Shown: positions 40,864 to 50,924 of the stretch, in pieces | Layout: every line of letters begins with the position of its first letter | How positions within the stretch are numbered: position 1 is the first letter of the stretch | DNA from: an uncultured cyanobacterium | GTDB taxonomy: Bacteria; Cyanobacteriota; Cyanobacteriia; Phormidesmidales; Phormidesmidaceae | DNA length: 64,000 bases | NCBI GenBank assembly: GCA_963793265.1 | Contig: CAWBZI010000006.1 | Location: 480,001 to 544,000 of the forward strand | Direction of reading: 5' to 3' | Position numbers and translations under genes: made by a program | The notes under the pieces: generated by a model | Databases searched by the model: none | Told to the model about the DNA's origin: nothing | The model's input: only the letters and a program-made list of their open reading frames with translations

Positions 40864-42353
40864 ACACTCTAAAGCAACCTATAAGTCGCTTTCCTCTGTT
40901 GTTTTTGACAGTGTTAGCGCTGGTGCCCCGGCTGCATAACCTGTACTCTCCTGTGATTGGGGTGCACTCGTGGCGACAGGCAGATACAGCAGCGATCGCC
41001 CGCAATTTCTACGAAGCTCCGCTTGGCCTCTCATCCTTCTTATATCCACAGGTAGACTGGGGCGGCGGTGGCTACGCTGAAACCGAATTCCCACTGTATC
41101 CCGCCTTAGTCAGCCTGCTCTACCGGCTGTTCGGCGCGAACGAAATCTATGCGCGCGGGCTTTCGGTCGTCTTCTCGGTCGCGGGGCTTTACTTTCTCTA
41201 TCGCCTGGTCACGCTCTTTTTTGGTCAGTCAGTAGCGTTCTGGTCGGCGCTGTTTTATGCAATTTTGCCGCTAAGCGTATTCTACGGACGCACGATACAG
41301 CCAGAGTCGCTGGTGGTGATGAGTAGCCTGGGTGGGCTTTACTTTTTTAAGCGGTGGCTGGGGTCTGAGAAGTGGGGAGATTTGGTGTTTTCTTGGGGGT
41401 TGGTTGCGATCGCTATTCTCCTAAAAGTCCTCCCGGTCATCTACCTCGGCCTTCCCCTCTTCTTCCTCGCCTTCATTAAATACAAAGCCAAACTCTTCCT
41501 CCGCTTAGACCTTTGGCTCTACGCCCTCGGTCTGCTCACCATCACCGCCGCCTGGTACATCCACGCCCACCAAATATTTCTAGATACCGGGCTCACCTTT
41601 GGCTTTTGGTCAGACGATACAGACCGCTATGAATGGGGGACGCTCTTATCCTTGCAATACTGGTCAGACATCATCTTTCGAGTAATGGTGCGTCATTTTG
41701 CCGTGTTGGGCTTTGTAACTGCCTTAATTGGCCTAACGTATCGCCGAACGAAAGCAGAAGATTGGTTCTGGGAAGTTGGGATTCTTGGTAGCTTTCTAGC
41801 AGGCGCACTGGCCCCCACTTCTAGCTATGTGCACGAGTACTATCAGCTCCCGGTGATGTTCTTTGGCGTGGTGTTTGTGGGCAAAGTGTTCGCGCGTGTG
41901 TTCGATACAAAACCGCTTCCTAAAAAATGGTATCGCCCGGCGCTCACGGCTGTGCTAGTGCTCACGCTCGTCACCGGCTCAGCAATTTACACCATCGACT
42001 ACATGTGGCCCGAGAATCCGAGCGAGTCTACGGTGTACAAACTGGCCGAGCAGGTGGAAAAGTACACGCCACCAGATGCTAAAGTGCTGACCACATCGGG
42101 CGGCGATCCCACGTTGTTGTATTTGGCGCATCGGCAGGGGTGGATGATTTCGCCAGTGGAGGTGACGCCTGAACGGTTAGAGGCTGCTGCGGGTGATGGT
42201 GCTAGTTTTTTTGTGGGGAGTTATGAGATTGTTCAAAGCTATGCTGAGTTTGCAGATGATAGTCAAAAAGAGACTATTCGCCAGCTCTTGAGTGAAGGGC
42301 CGATGCCGCTTGTAAATAATGATTCTGTTTTCATCGTGCCCTTGAACCGTTAA
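40860..42353 (+). CDS. ArnT/PMT-family GT-C glycosyltransferase
   Basis: HSWRQADTA..ARNF, EFPLYP, RTIQPE, HEYYQLP; polytopic. Confidence 0.82.
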   Translation: MNTLKQPISRFPLLFLTVLALVPRLHNLYSPVIGVHSWRQADTAAIARNFYEAPLGLSSFLYPQVDWGGGGYAETEFPLYPALVSLLYRLFGANEIYARGLSVVFSVAGLYFLYRLVTLFFGQSVAFWSALFYAILPLSVFYGRTIQPESLVVMSSLGGLYFFKRWLGSEKWGDLVFSWGLVAIAILLKVLPVIYLGLPLFFLAFIKYKAKLFLRLDLWLYALGLLTITAAWYIHAHQIFLDTGLTFGFWSDDTDRYEWGTLLSLQYWSDIIFRVMVRHFAVLGFVTALIGLTYRRTKAEDWFWEVGILGSFLAGALAPTSSYVHEYYQLPVMFFGVVFVGKVFARVFDTKPLPKKWYRPALTAVLVLTLVTGSAIYTIDYMWPENPSESTVYKLAEQVEKYTPPDAKVLTTSGGDPTLLYLAHRQGWMISPVEVTPERLEAAAGDGASFFVGSYEIVQSYAEFADDSQKETIRQLLSEGPMPLVNNDSVFIVPLNR

Positions 42354-42384
42354 ACCGTTTGCTCTTTTTCCTCCTAGCCTTACC

Positions 42385-43989
42385 GTGCCAAAAACCATCA
42401 CACCCCAGATTGTTCATCCTCACGAAACACATAAGCAGGCGATTGCGCACCACTTCAACCACAGCGCCCCTGATTTAGAACACTGGCACAGCATCAACCG
42501 CTACTACTACCGCGATTTGGCCCGCCTGCACCAGTTCCTCATCCCCGTCGGCAGCCGCGTCTTAGAAATCGGCTGCGGCCTTGGCGACTTGCTCAGCGCC
42601 ACCCACCCCAGCGTCGGCGTCGGCATAGACCTCTCGCCTAGCGTCATCAACATCGCCCAAAAGAACTACCCGCACCTCCGCTTTTACTGCGCTGATGCCG
42701 AACACCTCACGCCCGAAAACATCGGCTACCTCAGCCAGCAAGCTTCAGAATCAGGGCCAGTTGAAGGCCCAGTTGATGAGCCTCACACGTTCGACTACAT
42801 TATTTGCGCCAATGCAGCCAGCTACTTCAGCGACATTCAAACTGTCTTTAGTCGGCTTAAGCCCTTTTGCACGCCGAACACCCGGCTAATCATCAGCTTT
42901 CACAACTACTTGTGGGAGCCGATATTGAAGCTAGGTGAAAAGATTGGGCAGCGCCGCCCGCAGCCGCCGCAAAACTGGCTGTCGATGGATGATGTGGCGA
43001 ACTTACTTTCCATTACGGGCTACATTCCACTTAAGCGCGGGCGTCGGCTGCTAGTGCCGCGCTATGTGCCGGGGATCTCGTATTGGATGAATCGGTATTT
43101 GGCACCGCTGCCGGGGATTAAGCATTTGGGGCTGACGAATTATGTGGTGGCGCGGTTGGATTGTCGGAGCCCTCACCCCGGCCCTCTCCCTGGGGGAGAG
43201 GGAGATAGAGTCCGGATCCCTTTCCGGCCCCCTTCTCCCCTCGGGAGAAGGGCTGGGGATGAGGGCCTTCCGAGCGTCAGCGTAATCATTCCAGCCCGCA
43301 ACGAAGCGGGCAACATTGCTGGTGCCATCGCCCGAATGCCCCAACTCGGCAGCCATACAGAAATCATCTTCGTAGAAGGTCATTCTAGCGATGAGACTTG
43401 GGAGGTAATTAAAAAGACCGAGCGCGACTACCGAGGAGACTTTACGCTGAAGGCGTTTCAGCAAACCGGAAAGGGGAAGGCTGACGCGGTGAGGCTGGGC
43501 TTTGCAGAGGCGACGGGTGATATTTTGATGATTTTGGATGCGGATTTGACGGTGCCGCCGGAGGATTTGCCGCACTTTTTTGAGGCGATCGCAACCCGCC
43601 GGGGCGAATTCATCAACGGCTCTAGACTACTGTATCCACGCAGCAAACAGGCGATGCCCTGGCTCAATACCCTGGCGAACAAAACCTTCGCCCTGATGTT
43701 CTCCTTTTTATTAGAACAACCGCTCAAAGACACGCTTTGCGGCACCAAAGTTCTATGGCGAACAGACTACGAGAGAATTACCGCAGGCCGCAGCTACTTT
43801 GGCGACTTCGATCCGTTTGGCGATTTTGATTTATTGTTCGGCGCAGCTAAGCTGAATTTGCATCTAGTAGAAGTGCCAATTCGCTATCAGCCGCGCACGT
43901 ATGGCAGCTCGAATATCGCACATGTGAGAGAAGGGTTGGTGCTAGTGAAGATGTGCGCGTATGCCGCTGGGAAGCTGAAATTTATTTAA
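42385..43989 (+). CDS. SAM methyltransferase-GT2 glycosyltransferase fusion
   Basis: VLEIGCGLG N-domain; SVIIPARNE, ILDADL, DTLCGTK, FDPFGDFDLL C-domain. Confidence 0.88.
   Translation: MPKTITPQIVHPHETHKQAIAHHFNHSAPDLEHWHSINRYYYRDLARLHQFLIPVGSRVLEIGCGLGDLLSATHPSVGVGIDLSPSVINIAQKNYPHLRFYCADAEHLTPENIGYLSQQASESGPVEGPVDEPHTFDYIICANAASYFSDIQTVFSRLKPFCTPNTRLIISFHNYLWEPILKLGEKIGQRRPQPPQNWLSMDDVANLLSITGYIPLKRGRRLLVPRYVPGISYWMNRYLAPLPGIKHLGLTNYVVARLDCRSPHPGPLPGGEGDRVRIPFRPPSPLGRRAGDEGLPSVSVIIPARNEAGNIAGAIARMPQLGSHTEIIFVEGHSSDETWEVIKKTERDYRGDFTLKAFQQTGKGKADAVRLGFAEATGDILMILDADLTVPPEDLPHFFEAIATRRGEFINGSRLLYPRSKQAMPWLNTLANKTFALMFSFLLEQPLKDTLCGTKVLWRTDYERITAGRSYFGDFDPFGDFDLLFGAAKLNLHLVEVPIRYQPRTYGSSNIAHVREGLVLVKMCAYAAGKLKFI
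43168..43266. repeat. palindromic dispersed repeat lying in frame inside the GT gene
   Basis: GCCCTCACCCC...GGGGATGAGGGC with CTCCC/GGGAG hairpins; same family as 756-847. Confidence 0.8.
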
Positions 43990-44040
43990 ACTTCAGGTAA
44001 AAGTAGGTTGTCAAAAGCTTGATTGTTGGAGACTCTTTAA

Positions 44041-45087
44041 GTGGAAAAAGCCAAAAAATCGGAAAATGTTCCCAAGGCAATGCAAGAGAAGTTTGAGCGC
44101 ATTGCGGCGATAACGGACGAATTTTCTCAGCAGCATTTGAATGACGAATACGCGCAGCTCATTCGATACGCGATCGCTGCCCTATGTCGAAAAAGACCTT
44201 CTCCGTTAGATAAGGGCCGCGATCGCACCTGGGCCTGCGGCATCACTCACGCCCTCGGCATGGTCAATTTTCTCTTCGACCCGTCTCAAGTTCCGCACAT
44301 CAGTGCCGGGGATCTATACAAAGCGTTTGGCGTGAGTGCAAGCACAGGACAGGCCAAATCCAAGCAGGTGCGCGACATCTTGAGAATGAGTCAGTTCGAC
44401 CCAAACTGGGGGCTGTCAAACAACGTAGGCCGTAACCCTTTGATCTGGTTACTAGAGGTAGACGGTTTCATCATGGATATGCGCTCAGCGCCCCGAGAGC
44501 TTCAGGAAATCGCTCTCGCTAAAGGGCTCATTCCTTACATTCCAGGTGCTGATGGCGAGCTTGAAGTAGAGGCCGCTGCCAGCGAAGAAGTAACTACCGA
44601 AAAGACAGCCACAGCCGGTTCTCCAAAAGCTCTCTACATTCTAGAAGTCAATCTTCTAGCTGGGCCAGTAACGGACGAATTTATCGAAGAAAATCCGGTC
44701 ATCTGTCGCACTATAGAAATTAAGGGCAGTCATACGCTTGCAGATCTCCACGACGCTATTTTTGAGGCTTACGGTCGCGAAGAAGAGCACCTTTACGAAT
44801 TTCAAATTGGCGGTAGTCGGCCAAATGATCCCAAAGCGAGGCGATATGGCCCCAAGCTACCGCTTGATACTTCGGATGAGGTGTCGTGGCTAGATGCGGC
44901 TGAAGCTGCGCTATCGTCCTTGGGCCTAGCGAAAGATTCTATCTTGGGCTACAGATTTGATTTTGGGGATGACTGGTGGCATCAGATAAACGTGCTGGAG
45001 GTAAAAGACAAAGCGCCTAAAGGAAAGTACCCCAAGGTGACGGAGCGTACAGGTGAAAGCCCACCGCAGTATGCAGAATTTGACTAA
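44041..45087 (+). CDS. DUF6398-like N-domain fused to a pRiA4b ORF3-like domain
   Basis: LCRKRPSPL..G...WACGI.HALG.VNFLFD; TL.DLH.AI..A....EHLYEF, YRFDFGDDWWH.I. Confidence 0.75.
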   Translation: MEKAKKSENVPKAMQEKFERIAAITDEFSQQHLNDEYAQLIRYAIAALCRKRPSPLDKGRDRTWACGITHALGMVNFLFDPSQVPHISAGDLYKAFGVSASTGQAKSKQVRDILRMSQFDPNWGLSNNVGRNPLIWLLEVDGFIMDMRSAPRELQEIALAKGLIPYIPGADGELEVEAAASEEVTTEKTATAGSPKALYILEVNLLAGPVTDEFIEENPVICRTIEIKGSHTLADLHDAIFEAYGREEEHLYEFQIGGSRPNDPKARRYGPKLPLDTSDEVSWLDAAEAALSSLGLAKDSILGYRFDFGDDWWHQINVLEVKDKAPKGKYPKVTERTGESPPQYAEFD

Positions 45088-45238
45088 CGACAGCCTGCCG
45101 CCCTTTGCCTGCGTCAGCATCTCGTAACAATTTGATGCTTGATTCTACGTAGAAATGCGCCTATCATCAGTGCTAAGGCTTTAGTGCAGGTTGTACGACC
45201 TCATCGCTGCCTTCTCAGAACTCATATATCTTAAGGCA

Positions 45239-45431
45239 CCGTCGATAGGTGTAACAGCACTTATCGACGGCTACACCCAGGATTCCAAAGCAATCCCAGG
45301 TGCTAAGGGTAAAGATAACCCTTAGCCACCCCAATTTGCACGTCATCTTCGGATGTCATTTCTGCGGTCGGCTGAGGATTCGAGAGTTCTGGGTTTCCTT
45401 TACACCAATAAAACGGAACCCCAGAATCACT
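45239..45431 (+). promoter_or_regulatory. multi-hairpin 5' leader of a small ORF
   Basis: stems at 45239-45270, 45302-45326 and 45387-45426; GGTGTAA/TTACACC complementarity between first and last hairpins. Confidence 0.5.
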
Positions 45432-45671
45432 ATGTTTACCCTTGTCCCTCAGGTCGCTTTTGCGTCCACCCTCCCACCTGCCAAGCGCCCGGTTGCAAAA
45501 GCCGAGCCCGTTCGCCATACGCTGCAAGGCAGTCTTGGCGCGATACGTGCGACTATCAAGCTGCTGCACAAGCTCAACTACGCAGAGCCGAATGATTGGA
45601 GTACGCCGCAGCCGACCGGGCGTGATAATGAAGTCATTGTCGTTTTGAAGAAGCGAGTACAGGTGAGCTAG
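45432..45671 (+). CDS. small cyanobacterial hypothetical protein
   Basis: 79 aa, EPVRH.L.GS..A...TI..LH.LNYAE..DWS.P.P pattern that I recall from a multi-copy cyanobacterial family. Confidence 0.7.
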   Translation: MFTLVPQVAFASTLPPAKRPVAKAEPVRHTLQGSLGAIRATIKLLHKLNYAEPNDWSTPQPTGRDNEVIVVLKKRVQVS

Positions 45672-45674
45672 CTT

Positions 45675-48600
45675 TTATCTGCTGAGCGATTGCGCCTGAT
45701 TCTTCTTGTAGTTCTCTGCCTGTTCGAGCACTTCTTTATACACCTCGTCGTGCGTGACGGGTGGGTAGCCGTACTCGTCTAGCAGCATAATCAGCCCTAC
45801 TTGCAAATCGGCTTTAATGTCTGCGCGATCGCTCCAGTCAGTATATCTAGCCTTATCTTCTACCACGCCCTTTACAGCTTTCGCCAGCGCGATCATTTTG
45901 TCGTCAGGATAGCGAAAGTCGTATTTGGCAGTGAGCGATTTGAGAATGTCGTAAAAGGCTTTTTCTTCAAAGTCAATGCCTAGCGTGGTAAAGGAGTTTT
46001 TCTCGGTTTTAAGTTCGTCAATTAGCTCAATAATTTCGTTGGAGAAGTCTTCAAGCACGCTGCCGACGAGTATGTTGTCTTCGTCGCGTTCGTTGTAGCG
46101 TTCGACCAGAGCCTGAAATTTTTTAGAAAAATCTACGCCCTTGGCTTTGTTGACCTTCTTAAATTCAGCGATCGCCTTTGCCAACATCTGTTGCAACAGC
46201 TTTATTTTCGTATTTGGAAACTTGATCTTCTCAATTTTCGCCAAATAGTCATCATCAAAAATATCAACTTCTGGCCCTTCGCCCAGTTGAAAAATCTCTT
46301 CTACCCCATCGCTAGCCAGCGCCTCTTTAATCATCTCTCGCACCCGCAAATTCATTTGCGCGGTGTCGGGCGCGTTGCCTTTGGTGAGCTTAAAAATGAT
46401 GGAGCGAACGGCGAGATAAAAGTGAATATAATCTTTGTCAGCCTCAGAGAGTGCTTCGCTGCCGCAGCAGATATCGTAGGCGGCTTTTAATCGCTTTACG
46501 AGCTGCATAAAGCGGCTTTCTAGCTGATGGGTGGCCTGCACAAATTCGGCGGCTTCGTTGAGGCACTGTAGCTGCTGTAGCGGGGTGCCGCTGAAGTAGG
46601 GGGCTGTGTTGAAGGGGTGAAAGATGTTACCGAGCAGGTGGAGGTGGTCGGTGACGGCATCAAGTGATTTGTGAATGCCTTCGATATTTTGGCTGTCGGC
46701 TTTGCTGTAGTGGGCCAGCGCCAGGTTCATTTGTTTTTTGATGCCGATGTAATCGACGATGAGGCCCTTGTCTTTGGTTTTGTACTTACGGTTTACGCGC
46801 GAGATGGTTTGGATGAGGTTGTGGCGGGCGATGGGTTTGTCGAGATAGAGGGTGTCTAAAAAGGGCACGTCGAAGCCGGTGAGCCACATGTCTACAACGA
46901 TGGCAATTTTGAAGTTGGACAGGCTGTTTTTGAACTGGCGATCGCGTTCTTTTCGAGCTTCTTTGCTGCCGAGTAGGGCGTAGAGGTCTTCATCGTCGTC
47001 TTTACTGCGGGTCATGACCAGGTTCAGCTTGGCCATCGGCTTAATCTCTTTTTGCGCTGGGTCGGTGAGCGGGGCGTTTTCTTCGCAGGCTTTTACCTCG
47101 GCCCACTCAGGGCGCAGGGCAACGATGGCCTGGTAGAGCTGGTAGGCGACGGTGCGATCGCTGCACACAAACAGGGCTTTTCCCTTTTGGGTAGCGCCTT
47201 CGGCAACGCGGTTTTCGTAGTGGGTCACAAAGTCTTGAGCGATCACGCGGATGCGGTCGGGATCGCCTAAGATTGCGCCCATTTTAGCGGTGGCGCGTTT
47301 GCTTTCGTCTATTTGGTAGTCGCTGGCTCCGGCGGCGGCGCTTTGCTGGTAGTAGGCTTCAATCGCTTGCAGCTTGCTGTTGTCGAGGATGACTTTAGCG
47401 GCGCGGCCTTCGTACACGATGCGGACGGTGATTTCGTCTTGGACGCTTTCGGTCATGGTGTAGCTGTCTATGACGGGGCCGAATACGTCGAGGGTGGCGT
47501 CTACTGGGGTGCCAGTGAAGCCAACGTAGGTGGCGTTGGGGAGTGAGTCGTGGAGGTATTTGGCGAAGCCGTAGGTGCGTTTGACGGTGGTTTCGGTGAG
47601 CTGGACTTTTTGCTTGAGGTTGATTTGGCTGCGGTGGGCTTCATCGGAGATGCAGATGATGTTGGTGCGATCGGAGAGCAGTTCGGTGTCTTCAGTGAAT
47701 TTGTGAATGGTGGTGAGGAAGACGCCGCCGCTGGTGCGATCTTTCAGCCGGGTGCGGAGGTCGTCGCGGCTTTCTACGCTGATGACGGTGCTGTCGCCAA
47801 TGTAGGTTTTGGCGTTGGTGAACTGGGTCGATAGCTGGTCGTCTAGGTCGGTGCGATCGCTGATCAATACAATCGTGGGGCTCTCGAAGTCTACGCTTTT
47901 CATCAGCAGGCGGGTGAGAAAAAGCATGGTGTAGCTTTTGCCGCAGCCGGTGGCCCCGAAGTAGGTGCCGCCTTTGCCATCTCCTTTCGTATCAGAGATA
48001 ATATTGCCCTGACTGTCAAAGCGTTTGCGGTGCTGCCAAATGTTCTCGTATAGCTTGGTGGCGGCGTAGTACTGGGGATAGCGGCAAACGATTTTTTCGG
48101 CTTTGTGTGATTTGTCAGGGAGGTAGATGAAGTGGCGGATGACTTCTCGGAGGCGATCGCGATCAAACAGTCCCTTAATGAGGGTAAACAGTGAGTCGAT
48201 GCCGTCTTTTTCTACCGATTCGTGGCCGGTGATTTTGCGCCAGGCGTAGAAGAATTCGTAGGGGGCAAAAAAGGAGCCCATTTTGTTGTTGATGCCGTCG
48301 CTGATGATGCAGAAGGCGTTGTATTTAAACAGTTCGGGGATGTCTCTTTGGTAGCGGGTGGTGAGCTGAGTGTAGGCGCTGTGAACGGTGGCTTCTGGGC
48401 GGATGGCGCTTTTGAACTCGAAGACGACTAGCGGCAGGCCGTTGATGTAAAAGATGCCGTCAGGGATGCGGTCTTCTTGGCCTTGGATGGTGAGCTGGGT
48501 GACAAATTTGTAGCGGTTGGCGCTGGTGGGGTAGGTGCCGGGGCGATCGCCTACGCTAATCAGGGTTTCTTTGGCGGGAATTCGCATTTCAGCGAGCCCC

Positions 48601-48935
48601 TGGTAGTCAATAAGCTGAACGTAAAGGTCTTTTTGGCTGCGGTCTTCGCGCTTGAGCAAAAAGCCGTCAGACACCATTTTCATGATGGCTTTGTTACTGT
48701 CGTAAAGGTCGGCGGTGGGTAGCTGCTGTAGCTGGCGGATGATGCTGTTAATTTCGCCGTTAGTGATGTGGTCGGTGGCGTATTGGGCTTTGAGGTATTG
48801 GCGCAGGTCGGCTTGGATTAAGACTTCGTGGGGGGCGCGGCTGAGGGTGTTGCCGAGCACGTGGGGGTAGCCCTGCTGGCTGAGCAGTTCGGTGATGGCG
48901 AGTTCTAGTTTTTCCTCGGTAAATTTGAGGGTCAT
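45675..48935 (-). CDS. hsdR: type I restriction enzyme R subunit
   Basis: PD...FEFK, GATGCGKS, DEAHRSQ, FTGTP, MWLTGFD, QTISRVNR. Confidence 0.95.
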   Translation of the reverse strand: MTLKFTEEKLELAITELLSQQGYPHVLGNTLSRAPHEVLIQADLRQYLKAQYATDHITNGEINSIIRQLQQLPTADLYDSNKAIMKMVSDGFLLKREDRSQKDLYVQLIDYQGLAEMRIPAKETLISVGDRPGTYPTSANRYKFVTQLTIQGQEDRIPDGIFYINGLPLVVFEFKSAIRPEATVHSAYTQLTTRYQRDIPELFKYNAFCIISDGINNKMGSFFAPYEFFYAWRKITGHESVEKDGIDSLFTLIKGLFDRDRLREVIRHFIYLPDKSHKAEKIVCRYPQYYAATKLYENIWQHRKRFDSQGNIISDTKGDGKGGTYFGATGCGKSYTMLFLTRLLMKSVDFESPTIVLISDRTDLDDQLSTQFTNAKTYIGDSTVISVESRDDLRTRLKDRTSGGVFLTTIHKFTEDTELLSDRTNIICISDEAHRSQINLKQKVQLTETTVKRTYGFAKYLHDSLPNATYVGFTGTPVDATLDVFGPVIDSYTMTESVQDEITVRIVYEGRAAKVILDNSKLQAIEAYYQQSAAAGASDYQIDESKRATAKMGAILGDPDRIRVIAQDFVTHYENRVAEGATQKGKALFVCSDRTVAYQLYQAIVALRPEWAEVKACEENAPLTDPAQKEIKPMAKLNLVMTRSKDDDEDLYALLGSKEARKERDRQFKNSLSNFKIAIVVDMWLTGFDVPFLDTLYLDKPIARHNLIQTISRVNRKYKTKDKGLIVDYIGIKKQMNLALAHYSKADSQNIEGIHKSLDAVTDHLHLLGNIFHPFNTAPYFSGTPLQQLQCLNEAAEFVQATHQLESRFMQLVKRLKAAYDICCGSEALSEADKDYIHFYLAVRSIIFKLTKGNAPDTAQMNLRVREMIKEALASDGVEEIFQLGEGPEVDIFDDDYLAKIEKIKFPNTKIKLLQQMLAKAIAEFKKVNKAKGVDFSKKFQALVERYNERDEDNILVGSVLEDFSNEIIELIDELKTEKNSFTTLGIDFEEKAFYDILKSLTAKYDFRYPDDKMIALAKAVKGVVEDKARYTDWSDRADIKADLQVGLIMLLDEYGYPPVTHDEVYKEVLEQAENYKKNQAQSLSR

Positions 48936-49057
48936 CTTATGTGTCGTTCTGTTTTTATACTCGGTGTAAGCCTTGTAATTTCAGGCTTCTAGGGGTGATG
49001 GTAGCGCTTTTGGGAGGGCTTCATCAGGAGTTTAAACAGGGGTGGTGAAAGTAGGAT

Positions 49058-50436
49058 TTATGTGAATTTGGCTACTAGCTTTTCGGCATCGGGGATGCGG
49101 AGTTCGCCGGAGAGGAGTTTGGAGAGGAGGGTATCGCGGAGCGAAGCTAAAGATTGTGATTCTTTGATATTGCTACCTGCTTTTTGAATCCACGGCTTAG
49201 CGTGAAAATCAAACGCATTAACCATGGGCACATCAGCCCCAATGACCATAAACTCTTCTAAAGTTGAACGGTTCCAATTAGGGAAAGTTGATCCAGTAGC
49301 CATTTTAAGGAGGTCGTTTTTGTGGTGCTTGAACGTGTACTCAGCAAGTGCTTGGGAGCCTTTTCCTCTTACGGCACATACTCCTCTTCCGAGACAATAT
49401 TCACCATCACTTATTACGTATCTACCAGTTGTAGAACCACGTACACAAACAATTAGATCACCAAGTTTTGCGACTTTTGTAGGGGATGTAGTCCACTTGG
49501 ACTTTTGCGTAAAGTAAGAACCGAACTCGACTGGCCCATTTACTAAAGGCATACCGTGCCCGTCACTATTGTACGTATCTCCTTTTGGTGACTGGCCCAT
49601 AATTACTGTAGCGATCTCTTGAAACTTAGATGCTCTCCATCCCTGCGGAATCCAGCCTATTTCATCTGTAGAAAGGAATCGGTCAGGGAACTGTTGCCCA
49701 GCAGTGTTTAGTGAAGACTTACGATTACGCTCTATCTCTCTTCTAACTTTGGCCCTAGCCTTTAACGCATCAGGAATCTTATTACCAGCAGACAAGGCAT
49801 TATCAATCACCGGATCGAAGTCTACAAACCAACTTTTGAATAACGCTTGGGCCATGCCTTCTAGCGTTTCGTTCATTTGGCGGTTGAGTTCGATTTTGTC
49901 GTCTAGGGTGCCGAGGATGTGTGCGATCACTTCTTGCTATAGGGGTCGAAGGTAGTCTTAATTCAAAATGCAGTTTTGAGAGAAGTAAGCGGTTGACCTA
50001 TGCCTGGCGTTCCTACTTGAGAAGCGTTTTTTAGTAATTCTATAAACCGAGAGGACTCTTGAAAACGTAACACAAAAACTTGGGTACAGCCTTTGTTAGC
50101 TATCAACAAGAAACGTTGCATACAGCAAGGTAAATCACATGTGCTTATGCTGCCAGATTTAATTCCAACTTCTCCAATAGAACCTCGATGTGGAAAGACA
50201 TGATCGTCTCTAAATACGTTACTAGAACCAAGAGTATCTGCTTTCTCATTCACTGATGTAAACAATTCTCCACTGAAACTAGATCCATCATTTATGTTTG
50301 TACCTCTTATGACTGGAATGCCCTCGTTGACATAACAGTCGCTTTTCATGCGCGACCCAAAAGGCCCAATAGCTATAGATCCTTTCTTATTTTCTTGTAT
50401 GCTCTCAATAGTTACTAGCGACCATTCAGGTTTCAC
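49058..50436 (-). pseudogene. hsdS: type I specificity subunit, frameshifted
   Basis: TRD1 fragment (GPFGS, IRGTN) with several indels; IAHILGTLDDKIELN, second TRD and LRDTLL.KLLSGELR in a separate frame. Confidence 0.8.
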
Positions 50437-50469
50437 AGCTTATTCCAAAGATCTCATGTATTACAGAAA

Positions 50470-50590
50470 GTCGTGATACAGAGAGATTAGACTACCATCC
50501 TCTCACTTCGTCATGACTAGTAATCGCCCCGTGTACTACTTGCGAGACAGCCAGTAGCGACATAGGTTGCCTTGGTTCATCTGCGTAGCA
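50470..50590 (-). pseudogene. possible degenerate vapC remnant
   Basis: minus strand gtacacggggcgattactagtc reads about VHGAILV, matching VHDAVLV of the intact VapC; follows the second vapB. Confidence 0.4.
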
Positions 50591-50592
50591 GC

Positions 50593-50877
50593 CTATTTCG
50601 TAAATATATCTACAGCATCTCCTCGCGCATTCTGAAATTCACCTTGATCAGGACGCTCTATAGGCGCATCCTTACTACAGCCATACAAATCAAAGAATCC
50701 CTCCGGCCAGCCATTCTCTCTCGCCAGTTCTTCATTGATATTCAACTTCTCTTGAATCATCAGCTCCTTTTGCAAAAGTTTCTCGACACACTTCGATGCC
50801 GATAAATTCAGATCATCAGCTTTCTGCTGTAGCCGAGCAGCTGTCTCTGCCGAAATATTTACCTGTAGTTGAGCCAT
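50593..50877 (-). CDS. VapB-like antitoxin (copy 2)
   Basis: paralog of 51324-51617 (QKA...NLS.SK, ENGWPEG.FDL.G..KD.PIERPDQ). Confidence 0.7.
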   Translation of the reverse strand: MAQLQVNISAETAARLQQKADDLNLSASKCVEKLLQKELMIQEKLNINEELARENGWPEGFFDLYGCSKDAPIERPDQGEFQNARGDAVDIFTK

Positions 50878-50924
50878 AAACACTCCGCCCTTTAGAAGTA
50901 CATTTCTTTATCATAAATAGCGAT

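Noticed and set aside
45183..45197. LexA box upstream of the small-ORF leader
   Set aside because: GTGC-N5-GTAC has the wrong spacing and a mismatch versus the cyanobacterial GTAC-N4-GTWC consensus
45300..45431. N-terminal extension of the small ORF from GTG 45300, plus overlapping ORFs at 45303, 45353 and 45442
   Set aside because: The region is dominated by hairpins and family-like sequence starts only at ATG 45432
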